Source: Ignavibacteriales bacterium CG18_big_fil_WC_8_21_14_2_50_31_20 (GTDB lineage Bacteria > Bacteroidota > Ignavibacteria > Ignavibacteriales > Melioribacteraceae). From it: DNA of 64,000 nucleotides. The position numbers and the translations under genes were made by a program. The notes beneath the pieces were generated by a model, which was not told the DNA's origin, did no database searches, and saw only the letters and a list, made by a program, of their open reading frames with translations. Location of the stretch: the NCBI GenBank assembly GCA_002786785.1, contig PCUD01000008.1, positions 212 through 64,211 of the forward strand. Direction: 5' to 3'. The number at the start of each line of letters is the position of its first letter. The first letter of the stretch is position 1. Below are positions 40,072-49,533 of the stretch, one piece after another.

Positions 40072-41706
40072 ATGAAACACATTTGGATAGTATTATTTTT
40101 AGTAACTTCACAATTGTTTGCCAAAAGCGAAATCTTTATAAGATTATCCCAAGTCGGTTTTTTACCAAACGATATTAAATCTGGAGTTATTCTTTCCGAT
40201 AAGGAACTTAATGAATCACATTTTAAAATAATAAATTCTACAAATAATAAATTTGAATTTGATGGGAAAATTGGAAACGACGAAGGTCAATTTGGCAATT
40301 TCAAATATTCGTATAAGTTCTATTTTTCCGATTTTAATAAAGTGGGTAATTATAAAATTGCTTTAAAATCATACCGTTCTTTTAATTTTGAAATTGGGAA
40401 TTCAATTTATTCACCTGTTGTAAAAGAGTTAATGAAATTTTTTCCTATTCAACGCTGTGGTTATACAAATCCTGTTGGACACGAAGTTTGCCACATTGCT
40501 GACGCAACAAGTTTAATTGATGGTGATAAAACATTAATTCAAACTTTGGATGTTACTGGTGGATGGCATGACGCTGGTGATTATGTAAAATTTTTAAGCA
40601 CAACAGCACTTACAACTTATACATTGCTTTTTGCTTACGATTTTAATAATGAAAAATATGGATTTGACTTTGATAATAATAATGTCCCAGATATTTTAGA
40701 AGAAGCAAAAATTGGCCTTGATTGGATGCTTAGAGCACAAACTGATGATAACCGTTTAATAATTCAAGTCCAAAATTTACAGGACCATGATGTTGGCTGG
40801 CGTTTACCAGAAAATGATTCACTTACATTTAACCGACCTGGTTATATTGGAATTGGGAAAAATATTATTGGAATTTACTCGGCAACTTTAGCATTGGCAA
40901 GTAGAATTTGGAAAGAAAAATTTGAGAATGAGGTTTTTGCCGATGAATGTTTAACTACTTCACAAAAGTATTATAAATTAAAGGATGTTGTACAAGATAT
41001 TGATAGTGCAGGCACTGGTCACTATCTTGATAATAAACATGAAGGTAAATTAGCTCTTGCAGCAATTGAGCTTTATATAACAACAAAAGATAGAAATTAT
41101 TTGAAAGATGCAAAAAAATATGGTTTAGCTGCTGGTGCTGAGTATTGGTGGAGTTATGGAAATATTTCTACTTTTGCCCATTACCGTCTAGCAAAAAACG
41201 ATAGATATTTTTTAGAACTAATAAAACAAAGTTTAAATTCATTTAATAAAAGTAGGAATTCTAAATTATTTGGAGAAACAGTTTCACTTGGGTGGGGTTC
41301 AAATTTAACTCAAATTGGAACAGCACTTCAAGCAATACTTTATTCCGATATTTCAAAAACCAATGAATTTGATTCATTAAAAATATCCGTTAGAGATTAT
41401 CTTTTAGGAAAAAATCAATGGGGAATTAGTTTTGTATCCAATATTGGATCTAATTATTCAAAAAATTTGCATCATCAAATTAGCTTTATTAATAAAATAA
41501 CACTGCCTGGTGGATTTGCGGCAGGCCCAGTTTTAAAGAGCTCGGTACAAAGTTATAATTTACCATTTACACAACGCGATAGATATTCAAAATTCCAAAC
41601 AGAATATGCTTATTATAGAGATGATAGAATGGACTACGTTACAAACGAACCTACTATTATAAATAATGCAATGGCAGTACTATTATTCGGATATTTTATC
41701 GAATAA
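40072..41706 (+). CDS. GH9 endoglucanase with an N-terminal Ig-like (CelD_N type) domain
   Basis: Signal peptide. GH9 signatures GGWHDAGDYVKF and DDRMDYVTNEPTIINNA. Confidence 0.85.
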   Translation: MKHIWIVLFLVTSQLFAKSEIFIRLSQVGFLPNDIKSGVILSDKELNESHFKIINSTNNKFEFDGKIGNDEGQFGNFKYSYKFYFSDFNKVGNYKIALKSYRSFNFEIGNSIYSPVVKELMKFFPIQRCGYTNPVGHEVCHIADATSLIDGDKTLIQTLDVTGGWHDAGDYVKFLSTTALTTYTLLFAYDFNNEKYGFDFDNNNVPDILEEAKIGLDWMLRAQTDDNRLIIQVQNLQDHDVGWRLPENDSLTFNRPGYIGIGKNIIGIYSATLALASRIWKEKFENEVFADECLTTSQKYYKLKDVVQDIDSAGTGHYLDNKHEGKLALAAIELYITTKDRNYLKDAKKYGLAAGAEYWWSYGNISTFAHYRLAKNDRYFLELIKQSLNSFNKSRNSKLFGETVSLGWGSNLTQIGTALQAILYSDISKTNEFDSLKISVRDYLLGKNQWGISFVSNIGSNYSKNLHHQISFINKITLPGGFAAGPVLKSSVQSYNLPFTQRDRYSKFQTEYAYYRDDRMDYVTNEPTIINNAMAVLLFGYFIE

Positions 41707-41849
41707 TGTGAAAAAAGTTGCAAAATCTCATAATGAAACACATTTAATTCTAAAAAAATTCGTTTTTGTTCAAAAAATGAAGTATTATTACGGCACGAAA
41801 ATTGTTAAATATGGTTAACTTTTTATGTATTTGAGGATTAATAAAAACC

Positions 41850-43121
41850 ATGAATGTTGGAATTACTTTAATTAAATCGGGATTTGCTCTTATTGACCAA
41901 AAGTGGGGGGGAGTATACAGAGGAGGAAGTTATTTAGTTGTTGGTCCTCGTAAATCTGGAAGAACTCTTATTAGCCTACAATTTGCGTTAGAAGCTGCTG
42001 AAGCAAATGAAACTTGTGTCTTTTTTACTACAATGCGTCCTCGCGATTTAATGATTCACTCTGCTTCATTAAATGTTGATTTACAAAAACACATGAATAA
42101 AAATAGAATTATTGTAGTAAGAGTTACTCCTCCAAATGATATTTATGATATGTACAATCCAGATGATTTTTTGATTGAATACATGAATGATATTATTACA
42201 GTTGTTAGTCAATACAAGCCATCTAGATTGGTTTTTGATGAACTTACACCATACATTGGGTTCAAAAACTTGGATTTATTAGACGATGTTTTTGCTCATT
42301 TAATAGAAACAATTGAAGAAAAAAACATTACAAGTATGTTTGTTGTTGGTGAACCAGCTACTTCTAAAACTGAAGCAATAATTAATATTTTGAAAGATAA
42401 TGTTACTGCCCATTTAAGCCTTCATAAAATCAATGAAAAAATTCATGGTAAATATCATGGTGGAATTGCATGTATAACTCCAAATGTGGGACATACTGAA
42501 GGGGAGTATGAATCTGAATTTTGGATTGAACCCAAAATAGGAGTTTTAGTAGCTCCATCTGAGAATGTTGAAAAATCAATATCTAATGATAATCTTTCTG
42601 ATTCAACGGAAGAAGGTTCCAAGAACAAAACAAACAATCTAGCTTTTGCTGTTAATACTGAAGAAAAAGATATTCAACTATCTAATTTGTATAGTTATAA
42701 CGATTTTCAATTAATTCTCAATAATCAAATAGCATTGTTTCAAAGTACAGGACAAAAATTTAATTTCATTTCTTTTAGGCTTGATCAAACAGCGCATATT
42801 CAAGGTTTATTGACTATCAATCAACTAAAAAATGCAATTGGGTTATCAATAAACAAAAGAGATAAAATTTGTGTAATTGATAATAATATTATGCTATTAT
42901 TAATAAGAAGCACGGAAGAGCACAAAAAAGATATTTTTAGAGCAATAAAAACACATTTACCAAGCAATGATACAAAATATTTAGAAGCTATTTCAAAATA
43001 TATTTTTGGAGTTGAATTTGACCTTGATGATTCAACTACAAACGCTGAAACACTGCTAACTCCAGTAACAAATAATGATAGTAACTTAAAATACATTTCA
43101 TTTAACCAATTTATTCAATAA
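41850..43121 (+). CDS. KaiC/RecA-like domain with a degenerate Walker A, fused to a degenerate GGDEF-like C-terminal domain (putative regulator of the EPS locus)
   Basis: The N-terminal half has the KaiC/RecA-like layout. Its P-loop reads GPRKSGRT (41943-41966), with Arg where the Walker Lys is expected, and its Walker B reads RLVFDELT. The C-terminal ~140 aa follow a GGDEF-fold pattern (FNFISFRLD...DKICVIDNNIMLLLI) but lack the GG(D/E)EF motif. Confidence 0.45.
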   Translation: MNVGITLIKSGFALIDQKWGGVYRGGSYLVVGPRKSGRTLISLQFALEAAEANETCVFFTTMRPRDLMIHSASLNVDLQKHMNKNRIIVVRVTPPNDIYDMYNPDDFLIEYMNDIITVVSQYKPSRLVFDELTPYIGFKNLDLLDDVFAHLIETIEEKNITSMFVVGEPATSKTEAIINILKDNVTAHLSLHKINEKIHGKYHGGIACITPNVGHTEGEYESEFWIEPKIGVLVAPSENVEKSISNDNLSDSTEEGSKNKTNNLAFAVNTEEKDIQLSNLYSYNDFQLILNNQIALFQSTGQKFNFISFRLDQTAHIQGLLTINQLKNAIGLSINKRDKICVIDNNIMLLLIRSTEEHKKDIFRAIKTHLPSNDTKYLEAISKYIFGVEFDLDDSTTNAETLLTPVTNNDSNLKYISFNQFIQ

Positions 43122-46100
43122 TGAATTTTAGTTTAAAAATATTGTTTTTTTTTATTCTTTTTTCATTTGTTACCCTTAAAGCTCAAGAGAAAAATTTTGA
43201 AATTCTAAAGCGCCAAGGCATAATTCACATGGCAAACAGCAAATACGGCGAAGCAATAGATTTGTTTAATAAATATATTACAGCTAATCCACAAGATGCT
43301 GAAGGCTATAATCTAAGAGGGCTATCCTACGAAAAGCGACAGGTTTATGAATATGCTGTTTTAGACTTACGAAGAGCAATTAATCTAACTCCAAACAATA
43401 GTGTGTACAAGGCTAATTTAAGCAGAGTGATTTCAATTTGGTATCCAATTTTGTATAAAAAAATTGAAGGCCATAAGCGTGAAATTGCTATCAACCCAAA
43501 ATCTGCTTTTGACCATTTAGAAATTGGTAAATCATACAGATGGTTAGAAGAATGGAAATTAGCTGAATTGTGGTATGATAAATACTTAGTTTTAGATGAC
43601 AATGCTTCACCTGATGAAATAATTAGATATTCAATAATTCTTGCAAAAACTGGTTCAATTAAAAAGGGCGAGCGAGTTCTTAAAAAATGGGTTGATAGAT
43701 ATCCAGAGGATTGGAGACTTTGGAGTAGATATGGTTATTTTACTCTTTGGCTTGGAAATCGTGATAATGCGGCAAATGCTTTTAGAAGTTCTTTAAGTTT
43801 TAAGCCTTTCTTTAAAGAAGCTCAAGATGGATTAGACATTGCAACAGAAAAAGGCTATATGGTTAAAAATGAACCAAGAGCTTACGAACGTGGATATCCT
43901 ATTGATGTAAATTATGCAAAACTTAAAAAAAATCCAGCAAATAGTGAAACCCGATTTGAATTAATTGGATTATTAATTGATGCTGATAGAATTGAGGAAG
44001 CTCGTGAACAGTTAAATATTCTTAAAACAGATTACGAAAATAGTGATGAATATAAAGAATTAGATGCAAGACTTACTCCACTGATGATAACTAAATATTC
44101 TTCTTTGCTTGAAGAAAATTTAGCAAAATTAAAACAATTTCCAAACGATAAAACCATTGTCAAAAATGTAGCTGATTATTATGTTCGGTTAAAACAATAT
44201 GATGAAGCTAATGAAATAATGAAAGAATACCTTGACTTGGAACCTGATGATTATGAAATGAAGGAATATTATGCTGATATTCTTGCATATTCTGGAAATT
44301 ATACGGACGCTGCAAATATTTTATCTGAATTAATCGAAAATGGACATTCTTCCAACTTAATTGTACAAAAAGCTGCTAATTATTTTGGAAATGATTTCGA
44401 CTATTTTAGCTCAATTGATTTGCTTAGCAATTACATTGGTGATAAACCAATTGAAGACGTAAAAGAATTGAAATTCCAATTAGCACAGTATTATGCTTGG
44501 AATTATCAATGGGATGACGCATTAAATAGCACTGAAGAATTATTAGAAGCATATCCAAATAATAATAAATATAAATTATTTCGCTCTCAACTTATTGTTT
44601 GGACTGTTGACGATACTGAATTTGAGTCCGCTCAAGTTAGTTTTAATGAAATATTAAAAGAAGATCCTAATAATTTAGAAAGTTTATTAGGGCTTGCTAC
44701 TATTTATTCTTGGAAAAGAGACTACCCAGAGGCAAAAAAATACATTGACAAACTCAAACAACTTTACCCAGATAATAGTGAAATATCAAGTGTAGAGAAT
44801 TTTTATAATGCTCAAATTTCACTTGAACCAGATAGAAAGCGATTAGAAAAACGTGCCGAAATTGGAGAGTTAGTTGAAAAAGAAGATTATAATTCTGCTT
44901 TAGATTTATTCTCTGAGTATTTTGAAATGGATCCTCAGCCTTCCAGACAAGTTTATAAGGAATATGCTCAAATAAATTTAGCTGTTGAAAATTATGATGA
45001 GGCAATTAAAATTTATGAAAATCTTTTGGCTGAAGAATATGAAGAAAATATTGCTTACGATAGAGCTAGTGCATATTTATGGAAAGGCGATTCATTAAAT
45101 GCACTTAATCAATTTTTAGAGCTTTCGAAGCAAAATCCAGAAAATTATGATTATAAAATGGGTTTAGCTGAATCATATTTAATTAATAAAGAATATGGCA
45201 ATGCAGATGATATTTATGATGAAATATTAGATGTTACCAAAGATACAGCTAAGGAAAATTATATTAAACGAAGAAAAGATATGATGCCATTATATGGTTT
45301 ATCAGCCGGTTTAAGTTCTGCTTTTAAATTTATGATACCACAAAATATTAGCTTTATTCCAAGTTTTATTTTTTATGACGATAACCAAATGTTAACTTAT
45401 TACCAATATGGTTTAAGAGCAGAAATTGGTCTCTTTAGATATTTCACAATTGGTGGCACATGGATGCGTACTGATATTTTTTCGTTGTCTACTAGCCAAA
45501 CGTTAACCGAATTATCGGGGCAGTTATATTTTCACCCATTCCCAAAATTTTCTATTGGTGGGAGCTTGGGAAAATTAGATATTCAAAGGGAACTTAAAAA
45601 AAATATTGGTACTATTGAAGCACGTTGGTATTCAGATGATTTGATAGTAAATATTGGATATAAAGACACTGATTCAAGACTTGTTCTCTTTTCACCATTT
45701 TTAATTGATGTTAATTTAACTGCTTTTGTTTATTATTTTGCTGGAAACTATAGATATAAAAACAAATACAAATTATTGTTGTTTTACCAATATTTTAATA
45801 TATCTGATGGAAATCTCGCTAACGATTTTAGATTTAGATTAGGCAAAGCATTTCAAGAAAATATATTTTGGGGTTATGAATATTTCTTTTCTGATTTTGG
45901 TTTTAGTTCAGCAACCTATTACTCTCCACAAGAATATAGTACCCATTCCATTTGGATTGATTACGAGTACAAAAAAGTAAAAAAATTAGATTTAATTTTT
46001 GGTGGTGAAATTGGTTATGCTCCTTCGGTTGATTTTATAGTTGGAAATATTTATGCTGATGCCAGTTATAAAGTTTTAGAAAATCTTTTAATAAACGGAA

Positions 46101-46186
46101 GAGCCACTTATGGTAATTCTTATAGGTTTGATAGCAGTTATCAATTTATTTCAATATTTCTCTCAGCATATTGGAGTATCTGGTAA
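43121..46186 (+). CDS. TPR-repeat periplasmic scaffold fused to a C-terminal outer-membrane beta-barrel (PgaA/PelB/BcsC-like EPS export porin)
   Basis: The start overlaps the upstream stop (TAATG). Has a signal peptide. About 700 aa of TPR-like repeats follow (EAIDLFNKYI..NPQDAEGYNLRGLSY etc). The last ~300 aa show an alternating beta-strand pattern and end in an aromatic residue (YWSIW). Confidence 0.65.
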   Translation: MNFSLKILFFFILFSFVTLKAQEKNFEILKRQGIIHMANSKYGEAIDLFNKYITANPQDAEGYNLRGLSYEKRQVYEYAVLDLRRAINLTPNNSVYKANLSRVISIWYPILYKKIEGHKREIAINPKSAFDHLEIGKSYRWLEEWKLAELWYDKYLVLDDNASPDEIIRYSIILAKTGSIKKGERVLKKWVDRYPEDWRLWSRYGYFTLWLGNRDNAANAFRSSLSFKPFFKEAQDGLDIATEKGYMVKNEPRAYERGYPIDVNYAKLKKNPANSETRFELIGLLIDADRIEEAREQLNILKTDYENSDEYKELDARLTPLMITKYSSLLEENLAKLKQFPNDKTIVKNVADYYVRLKQYDEANEIMKEYLDLEPDDYEMKEYYADILAYSGNYTDAANILSELIENGHSSNLIVQKAANYFGNDFDYFSSIDLLSNYIGDKPIEDVKELKFQLAQYYAWNYQWDDALNSTEELLEAYPNNNKYKLFRSQLIVWTVDDTEFESAQVSFNEILKEDPNNLESLLGLATIYSWKRDYPEAKKYIDKLKQLYPDNSEISSVENFYNAQISLEPDRKRLEKRAEIGELVEKEDYNSALDLFSEYFEMDPQPSRQVYKEYAQINLAVENYDEAIKIYENLLAEEYEENIAYDRASAYLWKGDSLNALNQFLELSKQNPENYDYKMGLAESYLINKEYGNADDIYDEILDVTKDTAKENYIKRRKDMMPLYGLSAGLSSAFKFMIPQNISFIPSFIFYDDNQMLTYYQYGLRAEIGLFRYFTIGGTWMRTDIFSLSTSQTLTELSGQLYFHPFPKFSIGGSLGKLDIQRELKKNIGTIEARWYSDDLIVNIGYKDTDSRLVLFSPFLIDVNLTAFVYYFAGNYRYKNKYKLLLFYQYFNISDGNLANDFRFRLGKAFQENIFWGYEYFFSDFGFSSATYYSPQEYSTHSIWIDYEYKKVKKLDLIFGGEIGYAPSVDFIVGNIYADASYKVLENLLINGRATYGNSYRFDSSYQFISIFLSAYWSIW

Positions 46187-46254
46187 AATCTATTATATTG
46201 TATTTTAGTTTTTAGTCTTTAATTATTTACAAATTAATTAGAAAGTGATGTAAA

Positions 46255-47472
46255 ATGAATATATTTAATAAAATTTCCTTTATTCTAGTAACATATTTTA
46301 TCGTACTTAATTTTTCAACCTTTTATGCTCTCCCACCTGCTAAATCTGGAGATTCAATTGGCAATAGAGTGCCAATAAGTGGCGATATTCAGCAATTGAA
46401 ATACTTTTTTGATGCATTGGAAAAAACAAATTCCGAAAAAATTAGAATTGCACACTATGGTGATTCAATTATTTGGGGTGATATAATTTCAGATAATTTG
46501 CGAGTTAATTTGCAAAAAAAATATGGTGGTCATGGTATCGGATTCTTATCAATTTGTAATGATGACTTAGCAGCGCGCAAAACTATAATGCATGAATTTT
46601 CTGACGATTGGGATTGGGCTTCTGTTTTTACAAAAAATAGAGATAAGTATCCAATTGGAATTGCAGGAACTGTTGCAAAAGCTTCAGCTAATAGTTGGGT
46701 TTCTTTTGCAACAAACCGTGTTTCACCAGCTACTGATTCATTTTCAGAAATGTCGCTATTTTATTCAAACTCAAATTCTAATTCATCTGTAAAGTATAAA
46801 ATTAATGGTGATGAAGCTATTACTGTTAATCTTGAAAACAGTAAAAATTTGACCAAAACAGACGTAAATTTTGGCAAGGAAGTTAATAAAATTAAATTAA
46901 CATTTAACAATAGCGCTGAAGCTTTTTTTTATGGCATTACCTTGGAATCTGGAAATGGAATATATGTTGATAATTTCCCATTTAGAGGAAATTCTGGAGT
47001 TTCTATGCGTGATCTTGATGAAGATTTATTACCAATTTTTACGAATAACCTTAATTATAAATTAGTAATCCTTCAGTTTGGAGTTAATATTGCAGCTTCT
47101 GGGAATATTAAATACAAATGGTATTCAAACATGATGCTAAATGTTCTACAAAAAATCAAAAAATCTTTCCCTAATTCATCAATTTTAATGATATCACCAG
47201 GTGATTTAGGACAAAAACAAGGTAGAAAAATTATAACTCATCCAGAAATTGAAAAATTTGTTAAGGTTCAAGAGGAAATTGCTAATGGAGGTGGGGTTGC
47301 ATTCTGGAATATGTTTGAAGCTATGGGTGGCGAAAATTCAATTGCAAATTGGGTTGAAACTACTCCACCATTAGCTTTTAAAGACTATTGCCACCTTACA
47401 GGTGAAGGTGGTGAGATAATATCAATGAAACTAATCACTGCTCTAATGGAAGCAAAATCAAAAATAAAGTGA
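46255..47472 (+). CDS. Secreted or anchored SGNH/GDSL-type hydrolase or acyltransferase (polysaccharide O-acetyl modification candidate)
   Basis: Block I is AHYGDSIIWGD (GDS at 46459-46467). A block III-like segment is LQFGVNIA. Block V is DYCHLT (D-x-x-H). Confidence 0.6.
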   Translation: MNIFNKISFILVTYFIVLNFSTFYALPPAKSGDSIGNRVPISGDIQQLKYFFDALEKTNSEKIRIAHYGDSIIWGDIISDNLRVNLQKKYGGHGIGFLSICNDDLAARKTIMHEFSDDWDWASVFTKNRDKYPIGIAGTVAKASANSWVSFATNRVSPATDSFSEMSLFYSNSNSNSSVKYKINGDEAITVNLENSKNLTKTDVNFGKEVNKIKLTFNNSAEAFFYGITLESGNGIYVDNFPFRGNSGVSMRDLDEDLLPIFTNNLNYKLVILQFGVNIAASGNIKYKWYSNMMLNVLQKIKKSFPNSSILMISPGDLGQKQGRKIITHPEIEKFVKVQEEIANGGGVAFWNMFEAMGGENSIANWVETTPPLAFKDYCHLTGEGGEIISMKLITALMEAKSKIK

Positions 47473-47643
47473 TTATTTAGTTAATATATACTATTTTGCT
47501 ATCGTACATGTACCAAATTGAGTCAGTATTTATATATCAAAGCTAATAATTAATCTGTTACATTATTATAGCTCAAAATAAACCAAATATGGACTTTTTA
47601 GTTGGCATAATTTTTGTTTTATTACTGAAAAAAGTATAATAAA

Positions 47644-49044
47644 ATGACAACAGAAAATAATCACACATATAAAATTGAATTAGATAACAGAGAAGTTATT
47701 CCTCCCAAAAGAAATGAAGGGAAGGAGAAATTAAGAACTATAATTATTTCTGGACTATTATCAATACTTCTAATTTTTATTATTTTATTTACATTGCCAT
47801 TAACTGTATTAACTTTTGAAGGCTTAATGGTATACGCTTCTATAGTTTCTTTAGTAATTTTTCTTTTTATTTTGCTTTTTAGATATTTTGGCATTTTATT
47901 CTTAGCATATTTTTATATAACAAAATACACTGTTGAAAGTCATTCAAATTTTTCTCCTTTTATTTCAATTATAATTCCTGCATATAACGAAGGTATAAAT
48001 CTTAAAACATCTGTCGAATCTCTATTAAAACTAAATTATTCAAACTATGAATTAATTATTGTAAACGATGGTTCAAAAGACAATACCAAAGAAGTAGGAG
48101 AGGCTCTTGTTGGAATGCAAAATGGAATTAATTCAAAAATTAAAGTTTCGCTTATTAACAAACCAAATGGTGGAAAAGCAAAAGCATTAAATGCAGGCAT
48201 TCAATATTCGGAAGCGGATTTCGTGGTTTGTATGGATGGTGATTCAGTTCTTACGCCAGATACATTGAAAAATGCTGTCAGTCACTTTGAGGACCCAAAT
48301 GTTGGAGCAGTGGCTGGTAATGTAAAAATTGCAAATAGGAATAAATGGTTAACAGATCTTCAAGCATTAGAATATGTAGAAGGATTAAATCTAGCTCGCT
48401 CAGCTCAAGGACAGCTTAGAATGGTTAATATTATTCCAGGTCCTATTGGAATGTTTAGAAAAGAAGCATTAAAGGATGTTGGATTTTATGCAAGTGATAC
48501 TTTTGCAGAAGATGCCGATTTAACATTAAAAATTTTAGCCGTTGGTTGGAAAGTAAATTATGAACCAAATGCACAAGCACTTACTGAAGCCCCAGTAAAG
48601 CTTCATCAACTATTAAAACAAAGATACAGATGGACTCGCGGAATTTTACAAGCAATTAGAAAGCATAAAAAGCATTTAATTAACCCCACATTAAATTTTA
48701 ATAATACAATTGTGCTTTGGGGAATGCTATACGAAGCACTTATTTGGCCTGCAATGAATATTTTTGCTAACATCTTTTTTATAGCAGTGGCTTTATTAAA
48801 TGGTATGTCTAGTCTTATTTTTTATTGGTGGGTAAGTATTGCACTATTAGATTTTATGTCAGCAGTTTATTGCATTGCTGTAGAAAAGGAAGAATTTAGA
48901 CTTGTTCCTTGGGCTTTAGTTTATAGGATGGTTTTTGTTCTTGTTATTGATATTACAAAAGCGATGGCTACCATTGAAGAATTTCTTGGATTTGAAATGG
49001 AATGGGGTCATTTAGAGAGAACTGGAATTGCAAATAAAAAATAA
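47644..49044 (+). CDS. Processive family-2 glycosyltransferase (PgaC/IcaA/NodC-like polysaccharide synthase)
   Basis: Flanking TM helices. Motifs IIIPAYNE, IVNDGSKD, CMDGDS, FAEDADLT and the Q-x-x-R-W motif QRYRWTRG (48619-48642). Confidence 0.85.
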   Translation: MTTENNHTYKIELDNREVIPPKRNEGKEKLRTIIISGLLSILLIFIILFTLPLTVLTFEGLMVYASIVSLVIFLFILLFRYFGILFLAYFYITKYTVESHSNFSPFISIIIPAYNEGINLKTSVESLLKLNYSNYELIIVNDGSKDNTKEVGEALVGMQNGINSKIKVSLINKPNGGKAKALNAGIQYSEADFVVCMDGDSVLTPDTLKNAVSHFEDPNVGAVAGNVKIANRNKWLTDLQALEYVEGLNLARSAQGQLRMVNIIPGPIGMFRKEALKDVGFYASDTFAEDADLTLKILAVGWKVNYEPNAQALTEAPVKLHQLLKQRYRWTRGILQAIRKHKKHLINPTLNFNNTIVLWGMLYEALIWPAMNIFANIFFIAVALLNGMSSLIFYWWVSIALLDFMSAVYCIAVEKEEFRLVPWALVYRMVFVLVIDITKAMATIEEFLGFEMEWGHLERTGIANKK

Positions 49045-49068
49045 AAATTTAATATATGAGGAAAGAAA

Positions 49069-49533
49069 ATGGAACTAATTCCAATCTTATCATTAATTAT
49101 ACTTGTAGCAACAATATCTACATTTATATTAGCAGTTGGTGCCTACATCTTATATAAAATAAGAGAAAGAAAAGGTAGAACTAGTGCTGCTCAGCGTCCA
49201 GATTCAATAGAAGCTGAACTAATTACACCATCTAGAATTGTTGCAGAAACTAATACTCCACGAACGGCTGTAACTGGTGAGCAAATTTATACTAGAAACA
49301 TTAGAAGTGAAGCTGCTTACACAAGCGAACGTTCACCACAAATGCGCCCTACTTTTGTAGCACCAAGAGAAACACGAGCTACACGCACACATATTTCACG
49401 ATATACTGCTCCAATAACACAAGAATCAAATGAACCAGAAAAATATACATCTGCTCAAAAATTTAAACGTTATAACAGTGCATACGATACAAAACCAGAA
49501 GAAAAGAAAGAGGATAGCCTTAAATGGCGTTAA
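49069..49533 (+). CDS. Small single-pass membrane protein with a low-complexity Thr/Arg/Pro/Glu-rich tail
   Basis: One N-terminal TM helix (ILSLIILVATISTFILAVGAYILY), then ~115 aa that look disordered. The 3-prime end overlaps the next gene by 10 nt. It sits in the PgaD/IcaD-like position after the synthase. Confidence 0.5.
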   Translation: MELIPILSLIILVATISTFILAVGAYILYKIRERKGRTSAAQRPDSIEAELITPSRIVAETNTPRTAVTGEQIYTRNIRSEAAYTSERSPQMRPTFVAPRETRATRTHISRYTAPITQESNEPEKYTSAQKFKRYNSAYDTKPEEKKEDSLKWR

